Below, in pieces: positions 36,052 through 47,804 of a stretch of DNA of 64,000 nucleotides. Both the position numbers and the translations under genes were made by a program. The notes under the pieces were generated by a model, which was given only the letters and a program-made list of their open reading frames with translations, did no database searches and was not told where the DNA came from. The DNA is from Antedon mediterranea (lineage: Eukaryota; Animalia; Echinodermata). The stretch's first letter is position 1. Every line of letters starts with the position of its first letter. The stretch lies in the NCBI RefSeq assembly GCF_964355755.1, contig NC_092678.1, forward strand, positions 15,357,881-15,421,880. Direction: 5' to 3'.

Positions 36052-39000
36052 TATTTATTTATTTATTTCGTTTTCTTTTAGTAGGGTAGCCCTCTCAGTA
36101 ATAAAATAAAACTGCTCTTCCGAGGGGCCCTACGGCACATTTAAACAAAATTTGAAAACAACTTAAACTAAACTTAAACTAAAACTTAAACTAAAACTAA
36201 ACTTCAATGCATGTTCTCATTATTATTATACTTTTATACCATATTTAAATATATTTCACTGGAACCATCCTAGACCACCGGCAACAATAAATGAATCTTA
36301 ACAAGTGATTTAAAACGGTTATAATTGTTTTGTTTTCTTAATTCATAAGGTAGGCCATTCCAGAGTGAACTTCCATAATAAACAAAACTACGTTTGTATA
36401 TTTCGAGGTTACATCTGGGCAAATACAACAGATTATTTTCATAGTTTCTGGTTTGAATATTGTGTACACTACTAATATATTGCAAAACATTACATAAGTA
36501 TGAAGGTACAGATTCTTGTAAACATCTAAATATTGAACAAATTGTATGATATTCAATTCTTGTCTTAATTGTTAGCCAACCTAATTTATAATGCATTTGT
36601 CTAACAGGAGTTCGAATATCAGCACCTAGTATTAATCGTGCAGCTCTATTTTGTACCCTTTGCAATTTTAAAATATGGGCGTTTGAACCAGTACCCCAGA
36701 CTGTTGAACAATAGTCAATATGTGATAAAAATAGAGCATTGTATAATCTTTTAATAATTTTAGGAGATGTAAAACTTTTCAATCTATAAAATAGATGTAG
36801 AATTTTTGATAGTTTTGCACATATAGAATCAATATGTACTTTCCATGAGAGTTGTTCATCAAATGTAAGTCCCAAATATTTAAACGTTTCAACTTTCTCA
36901 ATCGGAATGTTATCAAAAATTACTGTTTCATCTGTTGTTTTATTAACACGTGCATGAGTACCAAAAAGCATGTATTTGGTTTTATCAATGTTTAGAGTTA
37001 ATTTATGTTTATCTAACCATTGTTTTACATTTTCCAACTGTTCAGTTAAAACTGTTGTAAGCTCTTCATTTGATTTACATGCATAAAAAAGCGCAGTGTC
37101 GTCTGCATAGAGGACTGTTTTACAAATCCCATCAACACTATCATGTAAGTCATTTATGTATAAAATAAACAACAAAGGGCCAAGAATTGAGCCTTGTGGT
37201 ACCCCATAGTTGACATTTAAAATTTCAGATTTTTTTCCATTAAAATTAACAAATTGTTTGCGATTTTTTAAATAATTACTGAACCATGCAAGCTCAGTGT
37301 TTATCATTCCAAAGGTGCATAATTTACGTAATAAAATATCGTGGTCTACCGTATCAAACGCCTTTTTTAGGTCAAGAAAAATTGCTCCAGTTACCAAGCC
37401 ATTATCAATATTTTTATATATATAATTGCATACATCTATCAGTGTAGTAGAAGTTGAATGTAACGACCTAAAACCAGATTGATTTTTACATAATAAATTA
37501 AACTCATTTATATGATTCATAACTTGATTATGGATGCATCTCTCAAAAACTTTCATAACAATAGGTATAACAGATATTGGACGGTAGTTGTTAAGTTCAT
37601 GTTTACATCCTCCTTTATAAAGCGGAGTAACCTTAGCACATTTCCATTCACTTGGAATAACACCAGATCTTAATGACCAGTTAAACAAAAAGGCAAGACT
37701 TTGAGAAATTTGTGAAGATGCAATTTTAAGTAACCTAGCGGAAATCCCATCAATTCCAGTAGCTTTTCCAATTTCTAACTTTTCCAACAAAGCTTCAATT
37801 TCATTTCCATTAATATCTTTAAAGTTGAAACGTTGTTGAAATTGTGATAACGATTCAACGGTAATATCGTTTTGGTTGTCATTAAAATGGGATGCAAGTT
37901 CATTAGAAATTGAACAAAAATATTTATTAAAATGATTAGCAATATCAGTTGGATTGTTTATTTCATTACCGTTTACATTGAGAGTTGTTTTAGTTTGTTT
38001 CTTTTTATTGGGTAAAAAGTCTTTCATGGTTTTCCATAATGTTTTAGTGTCATTAACATTATCCTTTAATTTATTATTTATATAGTCGCGTTTTAGTGAT
38101 TTAGACAAATTATTTAATTTATTTCTTGCCTTTTTGTAAGAATTACAATCATCTATGTTCTTAGTTTTTTCGGCTTTTTGTTTTAAATAATCACGGTCAC
38201 GAGAAAGGGAAACAAATTCGTCTGTAAGCCATGGAATATCAGTTCCCTTCCTCCTGACCGTCACCATAGGAGCATGAATATCACAAATATCAGTAAAAAT
38301 GTGTTTCCAAATGTCCCAAGCCTCGTCAGCATCCTCGGACGCCTCACAAATACTCCACGGAGCAGATGCAAGATCAGAAATAAACAAATCTTCGTTAAAT
38401 TTCCGGAAGGTTCTCGTATGTAAAATACGCGGGGGCAATTTTATTTTAATTTTTTTACGTATTGCATATATCAATGAGTGATCGCTAATTCCAATTGGTA
38501 CAACTCCAGTTTTGCTTATAAAGTCATCCCTATTTGAAAAAATTAAATCAATACAACTACTACTGTTTTCCGTTACGCGCGTTGGAGTTTTAATATACTG
38601 GTTTAATTGGAAAATTTGGTGGAGGGTTTTAATGTTCCGAGAATGCTGTTTATCAAATATATTCCAATTTAAGTCACCAACAACAATAATCTCTCTTATA
38701 CTATCTAGTATAAAAGATATTTGATCATGCATTATATCAACAAATCCAGTACACGAATTTGGTGGTCTATAAACATTACCTATAACGAACGGTTTAGTGT
38801 TAACCGGCTTAATTTTTATCCATACCGATTCAATTGTATTTTCACCAAAGTCAATGACATCAAAATCAACATTTTCGTTTACATAGATAGCCACCCCACC
38901 TCCGTGTCTATTTCTGTCTGTTCTAACTAATAGGTATCCTGGGATTGCAAGTTCACTATTATGTATATTTTGATCTAGCCAGGTTTCACTAATTCCTAAA

Positions 39001-39319
39001 ACATGGAAACGGCATTCCGAAAGTAAACTCCGAACATGGTCCACCTTATTAGAGAGACTTCTGACATTTAAATGACCAATTTTAAAACCCTTTGTACAAT
39101 CAATCTCGCATAATTTGCATAGTATGCCAAAAGCAGGATAAACAATAGAGTCGTTACGTAATTCAGCGTCGTCTACGTCGTTGTCTAAAAGGCTTCCCGT
39201 ACGATGTTCGTTTAACAATTGAATTGGTTTAAATGGTTTATTACATGCGTTACAAATAAAATCTAAAATCATCTTATCTACATAAAATACAATACAGATT
39301 TAGGACATTTTATTAATTA
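36052..39319 (-). mobile_element. L2/Crack(CR1)-group LINE: ORF2, 3' UTR, stem-loop and (AAAT)n tail; no ORF1
   Basis: Minus-strand 3' end GTAGGGCCCCTCGGAAGAGCAG..CTGAGAGGGCTACCCTAC..AAATAAATAAATAA. Possible 6-bp TSD ATAGTT (36046-36051; 39320-39325). Confidence 0.88.
36270..39272 (-). CDS. Intact APE endonuclease + reverse transcriptase (LINE ORF2), 1000 aa
   Basis: APE motifs HLNVRSL, ISETW, GGGVAIY, YRPP, GDLN, IDLIF, SDH. RT motifs NYRPIS, QSGFR, DLKKAFD, GVPQGSILGPLLF, YADD, KYLG. No stops or frameshifts. Confidence 0.95.
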   Translation of the reverse strand: MILDFICNACNKPFKPIQLLNEHRTGSLLDNDVDDAELRNDSIVYPAFGILCKLCEIDCTKGFKIGHLNVRSLSNKVDHVRSLLSECRFHVLGISETWLDQNIHNSELAIPGYLLVRTDRNRHGGGVAIYVNENVDFDVIDFGENTIESVWIKIKPVNTKPFVIGNVYRPPNSCTGFVDIMHDQISFILDSIREIIVVGDLNWNIFDKQHSRNIKTLHQIFQLNQYIKTPTRVTENSSSCIDLIFSNRDDFISKTGVVPIGISDHSLIYAIRKKIKIKLPPRILHTRTFRKFNEDLFISDLASAPWSICEASEDADEAWDIWKHIFTDICDIHAPMVTVRRKGTDIPWLTDEFVSLSRDRDYLKQKAEKTKNIDDCNSYKKARNKLNNLSKSLKRDYINNKLKDNVNDTKTLWKTMKDFLPNKKKQTKTTLNVNGNEINNPTDIANHFNKYFCSISNELASHFNDNQNDITVESLSQFQQRFNFKDINGNEIEALLEKLEIGKATGIDGISARLLKIASSQISQSLAFLFNWSLRSGVIPSEWKCAKVTPLYKGGCKHELNNYRPISVIPIVMKVFERCIHNQVMNHINEFNLLCKNQSGFRSLHSTSTTLIDVCNYIYKNIDNGLVTGAIFLDLKKAFDTVDHDILLRKLCTFGMINTELAWFSNYLKNRKQFVNFNGKKSEILNVNYGVPQGSILGPLLFILYINDLHDSVDGICKTVLYADDTALFYACKSNEELTTVLTEQLENVKQWLDKHKLTLNIDKTKYMLFGTHARVNKTTDETVIFDNIPIEKVETFKYLGLTFDEQLSWKVHIDSICAKLSKILHLFYRLKSFTSPKIIKRLYNALFLSHIDYCSTVWGTGSNAHILKLQRVQNRAARLILGADIRTPVRQMHYKLGWLTIKTRIEYHTICSIFRCLQESVPSYLCNVLQYISSVHNIQTRNYENNLLYLPRCNLEIYKRSFVYYGSSLWNGLPYELRKQNNYNRFKSLVKIHLLLPVV

Positions 39320-39942
39320 ATAGTTGCAGAGTCAGGTTGTTGAATGGTCTGGGTGGTTAGGGTGTTCTAAAGGGATAGTTTTCTGGGTGGTAATTGTCCG
39401 GGGGGTAATTGTCCGGGGGTAATTGTCCGAGGGGTAATTGTTCCTAGGGGGTAATTGTCCGGGGGGTAGTTGTCCAGGGGGTAGTTGTCCTAAGGGGGTT
39501 GTTGTCCTAAGGGGGTAGTTGTCCGGGGGGTATTTGTCCGGGGGGTAGTTGTCCTAAAGGGGTAGTTGTCCTAAGGGGGTAGTGGTCCAGGTGGTGGTTG
39601 TCCGGGGGGTAGTTGTCCGGGGGGTAAATGTCCAGGGGGTGAATATCCGGATACGCACGGAACGCCTTAGAATGGTTTAAAGAGGGTTGAAAACGCTGTA
39701 AAACATACGAACTAAAAATTTGAGCACAAAAATGAATTTTCTGATTCCATCAATAACTTGTGACGTCACAGAAAACTTCATCTTCGGCATGTCTTCGGAA
39801 ACAACCTCTTCGAAAGCATCGGGATGCTTGGAAATGTCATCCAAATTTAAAGTTCAAGAAAAGATGTCAACCCTGTTCTGATTGGTCGGTTAAAATTCGT
39901 ATGTATAAGGTGTGTTATATTCATTCATATACAAAGTAAAAC

Positions 39943-40351
39943 CAAAGAACTTATAACACAAGAATCTCCTGTTCTTCAATTTGCATTCAAAACACAGTAT
40001 CGGAAGTACAGGGTTAAAAGGTCAAACTGGGCGACGCCATTTCACAGCATGGAACAGCACCCCCTCCAAACTAGGAAGTCAATTGCTATACCCCCTAGAG
40101 TATTAGCAGATCCCCTCTATGATTTTGACTTTCTAATTTGATGCGGGCGCCCTACTCGTCAGTCAATTACTTTATCCCCCCCTAGAGCATTAGCAGATCC
40201 CCTCTATGATTTTGACTTTCTAATTTGATGCGGGCGCCCTACTCCATGGCTCACAATGGCGCCACCCATAGCTCTATTCTATCCCACAATGCCTTTCGAA
40301 ATTGTTACCCGCTTCGGACGAACAGGAGATTCTTGTGTTATAAGTTCTTTG
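39943..40351. mobile_element. P-superfamily-like MITE
   Basis: 31-bp TIR CAAAGAACTTATAACACAAGAATCTCCTGTT, 7-bp TSD GTAAAAC, empty site in unit 1 (~7134-7140). Internal ~65-bp direct repeat (40091-40157; 40178-40245). Confidence 0.9.
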
Positions 40352-41597
40352 GTAAAACCCAATTGGATCGACGAGTTGGATCGTCCAGTTGGCTTGTGGG
40401 TTAGGTTTTTAATAATTAGGACGAGTTTTATTATTTATGTTTTTCATTAAGACAAGTTCATAGTTGATAAATCTAAGCCATCAGACAGATAGATGCACTA
40501 TTAGACGACGATACATGACCAATGTGAGTACAGACATTATCCCAACATTCACTTCCAAAATCAAAATCAGTAGGTGAGAGGATTCATTCTCCGTATGGGT
40601 AATGGATTCTCACCACCAGAATCATTCATCAACTACAGTCATCCTCCAAACACAGGAACATAACACAAAAGTATGAGCAACATCAAATCAGTTCAAGACA
40701 TGTACTTGTGCTGACCTCACGAGCTTTGCGAACCGTCAACCCCGCTATTCAGTAGATAAATCCAATCCCCGACAAAAAATACTGCAACAAAATAACTTGT
40801 TGACTTACTCTTTCATACAGCAAATTCAGCCATAAACAGGGTGAACTGAAATTAAGCATACTTAAATCCAGCTCCAAATAGTATTAATAAACATAACATA
40901 AATAGAAAACTATCTGCAAAACAGATCAAACGTAGCACCCTCTTACGAAGGTGTACATGTGTAAACAAGGTATCAAATAATCAACAGTGCCCTAATACGG
41001 GCGTGGCTAATTCTATAGATACATCATATAGAACAGCGCCCTCTACACGGAGACTGTGTTTATCGTATATACAATTCACTAGCAATTAATACCCACCCCA
41101 GGGCGGGTTTCAAAATTAGTTTAAAGGCTTCTCAGTATAACACCCAACGCCAGTATGTCCCTATACTTATCACACCCCACACTGCTTTTTTGAAAACAAA
41201 CGCTTCCCAGAACAAATTCAACTTCTAATGAGAAGAGTATACATAGCTAAGTATAGGCCTATAGGGTATAAGTACGTTGTAAACTTTGTAAATGAATAGG
41301 TGTCATATAGGCTGATAATTAAAATATCTAATTTTGATCTGCGGGACCCCAGCCTTCTTTCTCCTCTCACCATCCCAGCCACAATTAACAAACCTTAACA
41401 ACTCTACCCCTGTACAGTTCGAATTTAGTAACTTTTCCTAGTAAAATTCCAATCATATATACTTCATTACGCCAGTGTTTCGGCTACGCTCTTCCTTCCT
41501 CCCAACACACCCCAGATAATGGTAAGACGGTTCCAGTACAAATTATGTTAGCCATCCAGGGCCGTAGCCAGGATCTGTCAAGGGGGGTTCGGACACT

Positions 41598-42541
41598 AAA
41601 TCGTGGTTCCCACTAGCGACGCAACACAAGGACGTAACGCAACGCAAGTGAATTGATCAATCACAAGCGATGGCTTATTCGCTTGTGATTGCAAACTGTC
41701 TATGGGCCTGTTTCTGCTGCAACTGCTCAAAATACGGTATAAAAATACGGTATAAAATACGGTATTTTTTATACCGTATTTTTTAGTACCCCGGTCTGCT
41801 AACAATACTTCTTGGGTGGTCGTGTTAATTTGGTCGATAATTAAAAGTCGCAATAAAGGAAGTTTTACGTCTCACTTTCAACAGCCTAGCCCTAGTGATA
41901 GAGATGTTGTGAGAGCACAGAAAACATCGTAATGGGGACAATTAATTCGTTCCCTCCCCGAGTTATTGTATTTTGCAATGTTGTACTGCTTTCGCAGGCT
42001 CTTCAGCTTTGAGTTTACTTGCTTTGGAGACAAGTTTATTCCATACTCCTGCTTTATTTTTTTATAAATGTCTTTATAAATGTGGTTGTCCCTTTTATTA
42101 CCTTTTAGCTTCCCCACACACATTTATTAAGTAAAACTGTGACGTCTTCGCTCCACATTTTCGCCGAATATATCTATACACGTGTGTAAAGCAGCTGACA
42201 GCGACAGAAAATAAAAACACGAATGTTCCCCTTTTGTCATGTAAAAAAAAAATACGGTATTTTTTATTGGCAGCAGAAACGGGTACAAAAAATACGGTAT
42301 AAGTTTGTAAATACCGTATTTTATCCACAACTTTTGTGGGGAAAATACGGTATACAAAATACGGTATATTTTTTATGAGCGCAGTTTCTGCTGCCAAAAA
42401 TATACTGTATTAAAAAAATACCGTATAATATATGGTATTTAGTTGGCAGCAGAAACAGGGCCTATAACTTCGCTTGTCATTGGTTAAAACGCTTGCGTTG
42501 CGTTTACGTCATTGCGTTACGTTCTAGTGGGAACCAAGCTT
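41598..42541. mobile_element. Harbinger-like MITE, interrupted
   Basis: TIR ..TGGTTCCCACTAG.(A)ACGCAAC / GTTACGTTCTAGTGGGAACCA.. with AACGC subterminal repeats. TSD ambiguous. Confidence 0.7.
41704..42462 (-). mobile_element. Harbinger deletion derivative retaining a Myb/SANT (trihelix) ORF fragment
   Basis: TIR GG(G/C)CCTGTTTCTGCTGC, TSD TAT, AATACGGTAT subterminal repeats. ORF 41878-42123 IYKDIYKKIKQEYGINLSPKQVNSKLKSLRKQY..SGRERINCPHYD resembles the Harbinger DNA-binding protein. Confidence 0.8.
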
Positions 42542-42793
42542 TAGTATTTGGGTCACTGTCCCAAGCCCATCCCCCCCCCCCCAGTGTGGTCTGAGGCGAA
42601 TTTTGTTAAATGACACCCCTTGATTGCCGGAAATGATAGTCTCGCACATAACATTCAAAAACACTCTCATGCAGCATGCTACCATTGAACAAAACGATTG
42701 TTTGATCATTCACTCGGTATTTTGTTTTGCGTTCAAGTTACAAGCCCCAAAGTACAATTTGGGAGAGAAGGCAAATTCAATGCTTATTATAGC

Positions 42794-45365
42794 CAGGGGA
42801 GGACCAAGGTAAAGTAGTTACAGAGTTGCAGGGCATTTTATCATTGTTGAATGTTTTGATATTAGTCTAATTGTTAAAACGACCTTCACAACCAAAATAT
42901 TTCTTTGTAATAAAATTTATTTATCTGATTTATCAGAGCATGCATACCTAATAACCAGACAAGAACGTATCTTTATTATTTTTACTATCAATCTATTTTC
43001 TTGTCACGCAATCCATTTTTCAACAATATAGTAGTATAATAACATTTTGATTGAATAGTGAGGGATTAGTTACAGTTTGACTTTGAATAAACCATTGGTA
43101 ATTTACTGAAAATCCAAAATGAACTTGTGTTATAATACAAAAAAAATTATTCAATCAAAAAAACGCTCTACTACACATGAGAAATAGATGTCGGTCGATA
43201 AACTTCCTTCACAACCAAAATATTTCTTTGTAATAAAATTTATTTTAAATGGAACGCTACAAAAATAATCCTCTGCTTTATCAGAGCATGCATACCTAAT
43301 AACCAGATGTAACAGGGTAACAGGTATGCTTATACCCAAATACTTGAATGATTTATCTGCTGAATCTGACTTGAATATGAGAAACCTTGTGGGACTCATT
43401 AAAGTAAAAGCTGGAATGATAAGTGACCATGCTATAAATAGATGAGTCACCTCATCCAAGTGGCGGGAAAATAGTCATGAATATTTAGTGTATAATGTTT
43501 CAGTATGGGTCAGTTCATAAATGGACAAGGGATTTTGTTAATTGATTTGCATTTTTAATAGTTTCTTTTTTTGTATAACCGAACTTTAAATTGATAATTA
43601 CATGTGTATGACTCGAGTTACAATACAATCCTTCTGTAAACTACGAAATAACGTTATGGTAAATGTATGTACCATCGGTTAAAAATTGTCATAGTACCCA
43701 ACTGGGAATGGATGACACTTACTAGTGCCTAGCCCAAAGTGAAGGTTTTCATCTCCTTCCGACTGGTTACTAGGTAAGCATCTATATTTTTATCTCTCTT
43801 AAATTTAGAATTGTTTTACTATAGTTAATATAGTTGATTAGTTATTTGATGTTATACTATAGTTAATATAGTTGATTAGTTAATTGATTGTTATACTAGA
43901 CACAACGCAATAGTAGCCTATACTGTCGTTAATGATACGATCGATCGATCACTGATATGTTATCTTAAATAGTAACACTGTTTTTGTTCTATCTCCTTCC
44001 GACTGGTTACTAGCTTCAATAAAAGAATTTAACTTTTCCAAACCAAGAACTGTCTCTGTGGATGATTTTATTGTGTTTGTGCCAGTGCTGCAGCTCCGGA
44101 AAAGACTACGCGATAAAGCTACGACGCTAGTAGTACGAACCTGTTACACAGACAAGAACGTATCTTTATTAATTTTACTATCAATCTATTTTCATGTCAC
44201 GCAATCCATTTTTCAACAATATAGTAGTATAATAATATTTTGATTGAATAATGAGGGATTAGTTACAGTTTGACTTTGAATAAACCATTGGTAATTTACT
44301 GAAAATCCAAAATGAACTTGTGTTATAATACAAAAAAAATTATTCAATCAAAGAAACGCTCTACTACACATGAGAAATAGATGTCGGTCGATAAACTTCT
44401 GACGACGACTAAAACAACGACAATCTTGTTACATTTTTCACATTACCGGACTTCCCTCTCCTCTCGCAATGAACGACAGTACAGATCTTCCCTATCTAGG
44501 CTCGTGTATGTAGCATACTACTACGTTATTCACAAATTACCCACGCATAGTGACTAGAGCCATCAAAGATTACCTCTAATGGATCAATCATTCACACATG
44601 AATTAAAAAATTCATCGACAAACGAAATATAGCCTATATTCATTCCTTTTAAATATTAGGCATATTGCCAATCGATTTGTCCATAATTATTGCGTTTTGC
44701 CAATTTTTAGGCCAAATCATAATTGTGCGTATAGTGTTGTATTTCCGATGCGTGTAGTACCCTATTTATCTTCATTTCCGTACGTTCGTCGTAAATAGGC
44801 CGAATTTCCGTAGTAATTTATAGACGTTCCAAAATTTGAACCGTGTTATACCGGTAACAGAGCAACGTTTGCTTCTTTCTGCAAATGTCCTCTCATTATT
44901 TTCTTTGTTTTATTTGGAGTGTGGTTTAAAAAAACACTTTTGTAAAGTTTATAGTGGATAAATGAAAATGAATTTTTGGAAAATTTGGTTTTAACATCTG
45001 ACTTTATTTAGCATTTTGAAATGAATTAAAATTCCAAATTATACAATTTAACCTTTTGCTCAATATATTTATAGAAACAGCTTCATATTTTTTGTACAAC
45101 TTTTTAAAATTATTAATTGATAATTAATTTACATTAATTATGTACAGTTATTAGAATGTATTACCGTACCAAAAGTACCTTAATCGGAGACTTCCCCGTG
45201 ACGTTTGCATTGAACGAAAAAAAAAATATTATAAATTTACGTGCGAGAGTACTATTTGCGGCCATCTAGGGGTGTCAATTAACAATTTGCTTGCTCAAAT
45301 ACTCAGTGTCTACAGCCCTGGAGTCTTTAGGCAAACCTCTTAAGATAGTCCTGCGACCGCCCCTG
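42794..45365 (+). mobile_element. Second hAT5-like non-autonomous element nested in 41557-46044
   Basis: Decayed TIR CAGGGGAGGACC / GCGACCGCCCCTG with 5-bp TSD ATAGC (42789-42793; 45366-45370). Internal tandem duplication 42880-43200 / 43205-44400. Confidence 0.7.
43308..44148 (+). mobile_element. Solo LTR (Gypsy-like), 841 bp
   Basis: TGTAACAGG..CCTGTTACA termini, 4-bp TSD CAGA, AATAAA at 44018. Empty site AACCAGACAAGAACG at ~42953-42967 and ~13753-13767. Confidence 0.9.
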
Positions 45366-46909
45366 ATAGCTCTATCTATATTTATTTACAGGAATGTGTT
45401 GAGGAAACTAAATATATCAATGTAAATAGGTGGTATTGATACAGTTGAGTATAGGCCTACGTATCGGCTGGTGGTCTACTGTAGAAAAAAATAATCGAAT
45501 GCTATAGGCCTAATGTAAACTACAGTACATGATATCATAGATATTATAGTGTAATATATTAAATTCACTATAATCCTCTATGATGATGATACACTATACT
45601 TCATAGCCACACATAAATATTGTAGGTAACCGCAGCGTTCCATTTTTTTATGTACGTCGGAAGGCTATATACTTTATAAATGCTGACTGCCAGTGATCGA
45701 AACAATAGGTACGCGGTTGTCTAGCGGTGTTCTTTGTACAACTCGTTCGTACCCAAGCTCGCGTCAATATCATGTTACATCCTGGGACCAAAAATTCATA
45801 TTATTTTTCAGGTGAAAATCGGCAACCAATTCATTTGTTTAACAAATAAGGTATGAGTTATTCACGAACGAGTTTACGAATTTTTCAATTTACAAACAAC
45901 CTTTTGTATTGTGGGGCACGTATTTGGAGGATGAGGTATTGGGGATGTCGGGGATGGGGGTTTGCAGTCGGTTAAGGGTGGGGGGGGGGTCGCTGTAAAG
46001 GGGGGTTCGCCCGAATCATAAAAACCCCCCTGGCTACGGGCCTGCCATCACTCCCACTTTCAAACAATTTCCTACCACAATTCTGGTCAATTTGATAACC
46101 TACTACACCTAGCCTAAGGCCACTATTCCCTGAACCCCAACTTTTACACCCTTTTACACATCTCCCAACCCCCCTCTCCCACCAATTCCCCTTCCCCCTT
46201 TTTGAAATGTAGTTTAAAACCTTCCCGGTACAATTGCAATCATTTTGATACCCTATATGTATGGTTACGTGCAGAAACAGAAATTTGTTGTATAACGAAC
46301 AAACATCGAAAGTGGGGAAAAGTGATACTGCGGTCCCCCAGCCTTCTGTCTCCTTTCACCACCTCAGCCACCATCAACAAACCTTAACTCCTCCCCTGGA
46401 CAGTTCAAATATAGTAACTTTTCCTAGTACAATTCCAATCGTATAGGCTACTTCATTACGCTAGTATTTCGCTCCTCCTCCGCCTACAAATAAATACACC
46501 CCAGATACACTGGGTGATGTGTTGAAGACGGTTCCAGTACAAATTATGTTAATATCACTCCCAACCCATACTCCCTCAGTGGCAGTTTTCAAATGTAGTT
46601 TAAAACATTCCAAAATACAGTTTCGGTTATGTTGATAGGCCTACATCCCCACCACAAACTCCCAGCATCTTCCCAGGGATAATTAAATACTTTAAAATTT
46701 TTCAACCACAATTCTGGTGTAAGCAAAATCCCCACTATCCCCTGAACCCCACTCTCCCACAATTGACGTTTTTCCCGTGGAGGCATGGTTATGTAGTTGT
46801 ATCTATATACGCCTTGCTGAGGATAATTAAAATACTGTAAAACTTTTGTAGTATAATTTTACAATTCGATAGCCTACAACCCCGAGCCCTAGCAAAAAAT
46901 GACATCACA

Positions 46910-47594
46910 AAACCGTCCTCTCGTAAAGCAACCACCTCTCTTAACGACCACACAACTATTAAAGACCACCTCTGTTAAAAACAACCAACTCTCGTAAGGG
47001 AACTCTTTTTACAGTCGACCACCTCTCGTAAGTGACCACCTCTCTTAACGACCACATCTCTCGTAAGTGACCACCTCTTCTAAGGAACAACAACCTCTCT
47101 CTCAGACGAGAGGTGTGGTCGTTAAGAGAGGTGGTCGATTATGACAAGCGGTTCTTTAACAGAGACGGTGATCGTTCAATAGAGGTGGTCACGTACGAGA
47201 GGTCGTTGTTACAGGAGATGGTTGATTATGAGAAGCGGTCCCTAAAGAGAGATCGTAGTCCTCTAAAAGAAGTTGTGGTGAGAGGTGTGGTCTTAAGAGA
47301 GGTGATCGATTATGAGAGAGACTGATAGCTAAGTAACAAGATGCAATTGTACATGATTCAGACAAATATATAATATTAGCTGGCGATAGCAACTACATTA
47401 GCTGGGAGGCACTATTCGTTACTACATTAGCTGTTGACAATTCTACAATAGCTCGTGTTGATTTTGCATTTATTACTACATAAGCTGTTGGTGTTTCTAC
47501 ATTAGCTGAAGGTTTTACTACATTACCGGTGAATTGTTCTACATTCGGCTGTTTCGACATTAGCTGGCGTTTTGTACATTTGCGGTTGCAACAG
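46910..47594. mobile_element. Paralogous, left-truncated copy of the nested foldback at 7810-9237
   Basis: Matches 8600-9237, including the (TC)n inversion centre at ~47095-47105. The outer left arm is missing. Confidence 0.8.
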
Positions 47595-47789
47595 GCCATT
47601 ACGATTTTCATAAAACTCGAAGGTGTGTTTGTTAAAGCACGTCTGCATAATGTGAAGGCTTATATATTTGATTTACAGTATAATTGTATTATAAATTGTA
47701 TTCGTGACACGTAATAGTAGGCTTAGGAGGTTTATATTCTTTGTACTCACTTTTTAAACACGGTGAAATCATATTATATTGTGGAAATT

Positions 47790-47804
47790 ATGAATCTATT
47801 CAAG
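47790..47804 (+). CDS. Speculative initiator exon of GAL3ST-like gene 2 (MNLFK, phase 0)
   Basis: ATG AAT CTA TTC AAG|GTAATG, paralogous to 9408-9422. Confidence 0.25.

Larger units (their letters stand above)
34745..39655. mobile_element. Mutator-like foldback element with (GGACAACTACCCCC)n subterminal arms, carrying a nested MITE and an APE-RT ORF
   Basis: Left arm 34745-35010 and inverted right arm ~39375-39655. Flanked by CACGGAAC on both sides (8 bp, or 9 bp with one mismatch). Absent at the paralogous site near 6860. Confidence 0.8.
41557..46044. mobile_element. hAT5-like non-autonomous element (5-bp TSD) hosting nested insertions
   Basis: TIR CAGGGCCGTAGCCAGG/CCTGGCTACGGGCCTG, TSD CCATC. 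It interrupts a local repeat whose uninterrupted copy is at 46329-46565. Confidence 0.75.

Noticed and set aside
40705-41290. Possible LTR-element fragment specific to unit 2
   Set aside because: No matching terminus, TSD, PBS or coding remnant found.
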